DNA of 64,000 nucleotides, taken from assembly GCA_963847305.1 (NCBI GenBank), contig CAWJZI010000022.1, positions 20,385 to 84,384 on the forward strand, given 5' to 3'. The notes below the pieces were generated by a model that did not search any database, was not told the origin of the DNA, and saw nothing but the letters and a program-made list of their open reading frames with translations. This DNA comes from an uncultured Actinomycetes bacterium. GTDB lineage: Bacteria; Actinomycetota; Thermoleophilia; Gaiellales; Gaiellaceae. Below, in pieces: positions 59,266 through 64,000 of the stretch; position 1 is the stretch's first letter; each line of letters starts with the position of its first letter. The position numbers and the translations under genes are program-made.

Positions 59266-59294
59266 CGCGCCGGCAACCGTAGGCTGCCGGCGCG
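59266..59294 (-). terminator. hairpin downstream of pnp
   Basis: CGCGCCGGCA accgtaggc TGCCGGCGCG, a perfect 10-bp stem. Confidence 0.5.
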
Positions 59295-59313
59295 GATCGT
59301 CGTGCGGTAGCGC

Positions 59314-61783
59314 CTAGGCGCGCTCGCGCTCGCGGCGCGGGCCGCCGCGGCCGCCGCGGCGGTCACCGCGGGGCTCCTCGGGCGGGCGAGGAGGCGCGTC
59401 CTTGGCGCGCTCGATCAGCTCTTCGGGCTGGACGAGCGAGCCGTTCTCGTGCTTGGCGACCAGCTTCAGGCCGATGCGCCCGCGGGCCTTGTCCACCTCC
59501 TGGACGATCACGTCGAGCACGTCGCCGCGCTCGATCACGTCCTCGATGTGGCCGACGCGGCCCGGGCCCACGTTGGAGACGTGGAGCAGGCCGTCGGTGC
59601 CCTTCTTCAGTTCGACGAAGGCGCCGAACTGGGTCGTCTTCACGACCTTGCCGGTGTACGTGTCTCCGACCTCGGGCTCCTTGGTGATCGCCTCGATCGC
59701 CTCGATCGCGGACTGCGCCTTCGTGCCCTCGGTCGCGTAGATCAGGATCGTCCCGTCCTCCTCGATGTCGATCTGGACGTCGTTCTCGGACTCGAGCGCG
59801 CGGATCGTCTCGCCGCCCTTGCCGATCACCATCCCGATCTTCTCCGGGTCGATCTTCACCGTCGAGATGCGCGGCGCGTTCTCGGCCAGCTCCGTGCGGG
59901 CCTCCGAGATCGTCTCGCCCATCTTGTCGAGGATGAACTCGCGCGCCTGCTTCGCCTGAGCGAGCGCCTGGCGCATGATCTCCTGCGTGACGCCGGTGAT
60001 CTTGATGTCCATCTGGAGCGCGGTCACGCCCTCACGCGTGCCGGCGACCTTGAAGTCCATGTCGCCGAGGTGGTCCTCCGCACCCTGGATGTCCGTCAGG
60101 ATCACGTAGTCGTCGCCCTCCTTGACGAGGCCCATCGCGATGCCGGAGACGGGCGCCTTGATCGGCACGCCGGCGTCCATCAGCGCGAGGGTCGAGCCGC
60201 AGACCGAGCCCATCGACGAGGAGCCGTTCGACTCGAGCGTCTCCGAGACGAGGCGGATCGTGTACGGGAACTCCTCCGGGGTGGGGATCATCGGCTCGAG
60301 CGCCCGCTGCGCGAGCGCGCCGTGGCCGATGTCGCGGCGCTTGGGGCCGCGCATGAAGCCGGTCTCCCCGACCGAGTAGGGCGGGAAGTTGTAGTGGTGC
60401 ATGTAGCGGCGGTCGGTCTCCAGGCGAGAGATCGTCGATCCGCTGCCCCTCCTTGGCGGTGCCGAGGGTGAGCAGCGTCATGATCTGCGTCTGCCCGCGG
60501 GTGAAGAGCGCCGAGCCGTGCGTGCGCGGCGAGACGCCGACCTCGGTGTCGATCGGGCGGATCTCATCGGTGCCGCGGCCGTCCGGGCGCCGCTTCTCGA
60601 CCGCGATCTTCTTGCGGACGAGGTCCTTGTAGATCGCCTCGGCGGCGCGCTTGACGAACTGCTTCGTCAACGTGTCCTTGACCACGGTCTCGCCCTCCGC
60701 AGCGGCAGGGCCGACGGGGAACGGCAGCTCGACGGTCTCGACGATCCGCTCGAAGAGCAGGTTCCGCTTCGCGGACTTGAGCTCCTTCGAGTCCTGCTCC
60801 GCGTCTGTGAGCGCGCGCAGCTCGTTCTCGAACTGCTGGCGCACCGGGCTCTCGATCGCCTCGAGCCGGATCGACTCGAGCAGCATCGCCAGGCTCTGGC
60901 GCACCTGCACCTGGCGCTGGATGTCGGCCTCGGTGGACTCCATCGTCAGTCCGGGGCAAAGCTCGGCGAAGACCTCCTCGACGGCGGCCGACGCCTCGCG
61001 CAGGCCCTCGGCCTGGACCCGCTCGCGGATCCGGTTGCCGTGCGAGCCCTCGATCTCCTTGGTCAGGCTCGTGTCGAGCCACTTCGCCTTGCCGACGCGC
61101 CGTGCGAGCTCCTCCTGGACCTCGCAGAGCTTCTTGATCTCCTCGTGCGCCTGGGCGAGCGCCTCGAGCAGCTTGTCCTCGGGGATCTCACCGGCGCCGG
61201 CCTCGACCATCGTCAGGCCGTCCTTCGTGCCGACGACGATCAGGTCGAGCGTGCTCTCGTTCTCCGACTCCTGGAGAGTCGGGTTGACGACGAGCTCGCC
61301 GTCGATCATCCCGATCCGCACCGCGCCGACCGGGCCGGAAAACGGCAGCGGCGAGATCATCAGCGCCGCAGAGGCGCCGTTGAGGCACAGGACGTCGTGC
61401 GGGGTGACGAGGTCGGCCGAGAGGATCGTGCAGATCACCTGAACCTCGTTCCGGAAGCCCTTCGGCCACAGCGGCCGGATCGGCCGGTCGATCATGCGCG
61501 CGGTCAGAATCGCCCTTTCGGTGGGGCGTCCCTCGCGCTTGAAGAAGCCGCCCGGGATCTTCCCGGCGGCGTACATCCGCTCCTCGACGTCGACCGTCAG
61601 CGGGAAGAAGTCCGCGCCCTCGCGCGCCTCCATCCGCCCCTGCGCCGTCGCGAGCACGACGGTCTCGCCGGAGCGAACGACGACTGCGCCGTCCGCCTGC
61701 TTGGCGAGCTTGCCCGTCTCGAAGGAGATCTCCTGGTCACCGATGGTGACGGAGACGGACTCGTTGCCCAGGGCAACACTCAT
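59314..61783 (-). CDS. pnp: polyribonucleotide nucleotidyltransferase (PNPase); one frameshift (near 60431-60438)
   Basis: ATG 61783 with a GGAGGA Shine-Dalgarno sequence. Two RNase PH domains, then KH and S1 domains. ...[11 protein letters not shown] / [20 protein letters not shown] is the frame junction. Confidence 0.95.
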
Positions 61784-61807
61784 ATCTATTCCTCCACTCT
61801 GCTTCAA

Positions 61808-61881
61808 GGAGAGTGGGAGTTTGAGTCAGCGCCTCGCTCCGTCGTCTGATCGGGGGGCGCTCGCTCAAACTTCCACTCTCC
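61808..61881 (-). promoter_or_regulatory. long imperfect hairpin in the rpsO-pnp intergenic region (rpsO terminator / pnp leader processing-type structure)
   Basis: The 26-nt arms GGAGAGTGGGAGTTTGAGTCAGCGCC and GGCGCTCGCTCAAACTTCCACTCTCC pair at 23/26 positions, 24/26 if G-U wobbles count. It ends about 25 nt before the pnp ATG. Confidence 0.6.
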
Positions 61882-61899
61882 GGTGTGTGCTTGGCCCCC

Positions 61900-62169
61900 T
61901 TATCGCCTGAGGCCGAGCTCCTTGATCAGGGCGCGATAACCCTCGAGATTCTTGCGCTGGAGATAGTTCAGCAGCCGGCGCCGGCGACCGACGAGCTTGA
62001 GCAGGCCGCGGCGCGAGTAGTGGTCCTTCGCGTGCGTGCGGAGATGCTCGGTGAGCTCGTTGATCCGGGTCGTGAGGAGGGCGATCTGCACCTCCGGAGA
62101 GCCGGTGTCGCCCTCGTGCCGGCCGTGCTTGCCGACGATGTCCAGCTTCGCTTCCTTGGTAAGAGTCAT
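61900..62169 (-). CDS. rpsO: 30S ribosomal protein S15
   Basis: [70 protein letters not shown]... 89 aa, with a GGAGGTGG Shine-Dalgarno sequence. Confidence 0.95.
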   Translation of the reverse strand: MTLTKEAKLDIVGKHGRHEGDTGSPEVQIALLTTRINELTEHLRTHAKDHYSRRGLLKLVGRRRRLLNYLQRKNLEGYRALIKELGLRR

Positions 62170-62303
62170 GCCACCTCCATGTAGACGTCTCCGCGATCCC
62201 CGCACGCCGTGGGAAGCGCCACGAGCGGCCGAGACCGCGGACGGCAGAAGGGTAGCAGCCCCCGGGCGGGCTCGGCCCGACGCCGAGCGTCTAGGCTCGC
62301 GCC

Positions 62304-63677
62304 GTGAACCCCGCCGTCGCCGCCGGCCACCCCAAAACGGCTGCCGCCGGGGCCGAGCTCCTCGCGACCGGCGGATCGGCTGCCGACGCCGCCGTCGGCG
62401 CCTGCCTCGCGAGCTGTGTCGCGGAAACCGTGATGACGGGTTTCCTCGGTGGCGGGCACGCGATCTACTGGGACGCCGAGAGCCGGCAGGGGCGAAACCT
62501 GGACTGCTTCTGCGCCGTGCCGAGCGGCAGCGGAGGCGATCTCCTCGAGCTGGACGTGCAGTTCGGCGAGGAACTCGTCCACTACGCGGTCGGGCCGGCG
62601 TCCTGCGCCGTCCCCGGCGTCCCGGCCGGGCTCGACGCGCTCTGGCGAGAGCACGGACGGCTGCCGTGGGCGGAGGTCTGCGCGCCGGCTCTGCGACTCG
62701 CGCGCGAGGGCGTACCGATGCCGGAGGCGCACGCTGCGTGCCTCGCGATGCTCGAGCCGGTGATGACGATGGGCGAAGGGGCGCGGATGTACGCGCCGAC
62801 GGGCCGACTGCTCGAGCCGGGCGAGAAGCTCGACCAGCCCGGCCTCGTTCGCGCGCTCGAGCTCGTCGCCGAGGAGGGCGCGCGCAGCGCGTACGAGGGC
62901 TCGATCGCCGAGACGCTGCTCGAACTGATGGCGGAGCGCGGCGGAGTCGTGACCCGCGCCGACCTCACCTCGTACCGGGCGGTGTGGAGCGAGCCGGCCG
63001 AGGTTCCGTACGCGGGCACCCGGTTCCTGACGCGTGCCGGCCTCGCCCCTGTCGGCCCCGCGCTCGAGCGGCTGCCGGCACTGCGCGATCTCGGCGAGCC
63101 AGAGCGGACGCTCGCGCTCTTCGACGCGCTCGACGGCGCGCCCGATACCTCCTCACACACGACGAACCTCGTCACCGTCGACGGCGAGGGCAGCGCCTGC
63201 GTGCTCACCACCAGCCTCGGGCTCGGGTCGGGCGACTGGCTCCCCGGCCTCGATCTGCACCTGAACAGCATGCTCGGCGAGGCCGATCTCGTCGTCGCAC
63301 CGCTCGAGCCGGGGGCGCGGATGGAGAGCATGATGTCGCCGAGCGTCGCCCTCGACGGCGGCAGGCCCGTTCTCGCGATCGGCGCCGCAGGCGGGACACG
63401 CCTCCGAACGGCGCTCGTCACGACCGCGTCGGCGATCCTCGACGAGAACCTCTCGCCCCAGGCCGCCGTCGACCTGCCGCGGATTCACCGGGCCGGCGAC
63501 GTCGTGAATGCCGAGCCCGGGATCGACGAGTCCGCGCTCACCGCGCTCGAGTCACGTGGACTCACCGTGCGGCGCTGGGCCGCACGACACCACTATTTCG
63601 GCGGCGTCAGCCTCGTCGCCGCGGCCGGAGCAGCGGCCGACACGCGACGGAGCGGCGCTGCGATCCAGCCGACGTAG
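62304..63677 (+). CDS. ggt: gamma-glutamyltransferase family protein
   Basis: 457 aa. The Ntn threonine region is [26 protein letters not shown]. Also GGTRL and YFGGV. Confidence 0.85.
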   Translation: MNPAVAAGHPKTAAAGAELLATGGSAADAAVGACLASCVAETVMTGFLGGGHAIYWDAESRQGRNLDCFCAVPSGSGGDLLELDVQFGEELVHYAVGPASCAVPGVPAGLDALWREHGRLPWAEVCAPALRLAREGVPMPEAHAACLAMLEPVMTMGEGARMYAPTGRLLEPGEKLDQPGLVRALELVAEEGARSAYEGSIAETLLELMAERGGVVTRADLTSYRAVWSEPAEVPYAGTRFLTRAGLAPVGPALERLPALRDLGEPERTLALFDALDGAPDTSSHTTNLVTVDGEGSACVLTTSLGLGSGDWLPGLDLHLNSMLGEADLVVAPLEPGARMESMMSPSVALDGGRPVLAIGAAGGTRLRTALVTTASAILDENLSPQAAVDLPRIHRAGDVVNAEPGIDESALTALESRGLTVRRWAARHHYFGGVSLVAAAGAAADTRRSGAAIQPT

Positions 63678-63709
63678 CCGCACCACGGCCGGCGCGGGTT
63701 GCGGCGAGG

Positions 63710-64000
63710 CTAGACGGGCCGTCCGGCGCGCTCGGTCTCCTCGACGTCGCGCGCGATCTGGTCGATCAGGTCCTGCTCGCTCGCGAACGCGCGCTCGTCG
63801 CGTAGGCGCCGCCAGAGCTCGACGACCAGCCGCCGTCCGTAGAGATCGCCCGCGAACCCGAGCAGGAAGGCCTCGACCCGCAGCTCGTCCCCGCCGTAAT
63901 GCGGATTCGTCCCGATCGAGATCGCGGCGCGGTGCCCGCCTGCGAAGCCCGCGTAGATCCCGTGCCGGGGCACGAGCAGCTCCGGGTCGACCGAGAGATT
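63710..64000 (-). CDS. ribF: bifunctional riboflavin kinase/FAD synthetase, C-terminal part (5' end beyond window)
   Basis: Riboflavin kinase domain: PRHGIYAGFAGGHRAAISIGTNPHYGGDELRVEAFLLGFAGDLYGRRLVVELWRRLRDERAFASEQDLIDQI. Confidence 0.8.
   Translation of the reverse strand, partial: NLSVDPELLVPRHGIYAGFAGGHRAAISIGTNPHYGGDELRVEAFLLGFAGDLYGRRLVVELWRRLRDERAFASEQDLIDQIARDVEETERAGRPV

Noticed and set aside
1-64000. tRNA, rRNA, CRISPR arrays, IS elements, prophage genes, toxin-antitoxin or known defence systems
   Set aside because: Scanning both strands by eye, I saw no T-loop/acceptor-like tRNA signatures, no spaced short direct-repeat arrays, and no transposase, integrase or defence-type domains in any ORF. 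Absence by eye is not proof; tRNAscan, Rfam and a defence-system HMM scan should confirm it.

Overview
High-GC (about 70%) bacterial chromosome segment. Gene content and order suggest a deep-branching Actinomycetota lineage (Thermoleophilia/Rubrobacteria-like); that placement is inference only. Most of the window is a minus-strand housekeeping backbone: ribF', rpsO, pnp, M16 peptidase, dapB, dapA, rnj, ftsK, rodZ-like, cinA, thpR, recA, recX, rny, miaB, miaA, dapF, then hflX and dut. The plus strand carries dapE-dapC-dapD, murT-gatD, apt, an FHA/MerR pair, and two sigma-70 genes that converge on each other. The left end holds a liv-type ABC transporter, a DUF1326 protein, a GH99-like hydrolase, a HutF-like amidohydrolase and a 1034-codon three-domain fusion ORF. 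Accessory blocks interrupt the backbone: a BMP-type nucleoside ABC importer with an uncharacterised di-iron protein, two ribokinase/nucleoside-hydrolase pairs on either side of ftsK, an MFS gene next to a dimethylformamidase-beta-like gene, and two heavily decayed genes between rny and miaB. I found no tRNA, rRNA, CRISPR array, transposase or integrase by eye. The main technical point is that at least 40 frame breaks interrupt otherwise well-conserved genes, including recA, ftsK, pnp and miaB. Many long ORFs in the supplied track are therefore chimeric read-throughs, and the coordinates below are my homology-guided reconstructions. The most interesting biology is: the CDP-alcohol phosphatidyltransferase / nucleotidyltransferase / degenerate phosphomutase fusion; an 81-aa RsiG-like protein upstream of the FHA-MerR pair; a 33-bp direct repeat bracketing a 5'-truncated HD-GYP ORF beside a nuclease-less homing-endonuclease-repeat protein; and the ExxH/ExxH di-iron protein inside the nucleoside cluster.
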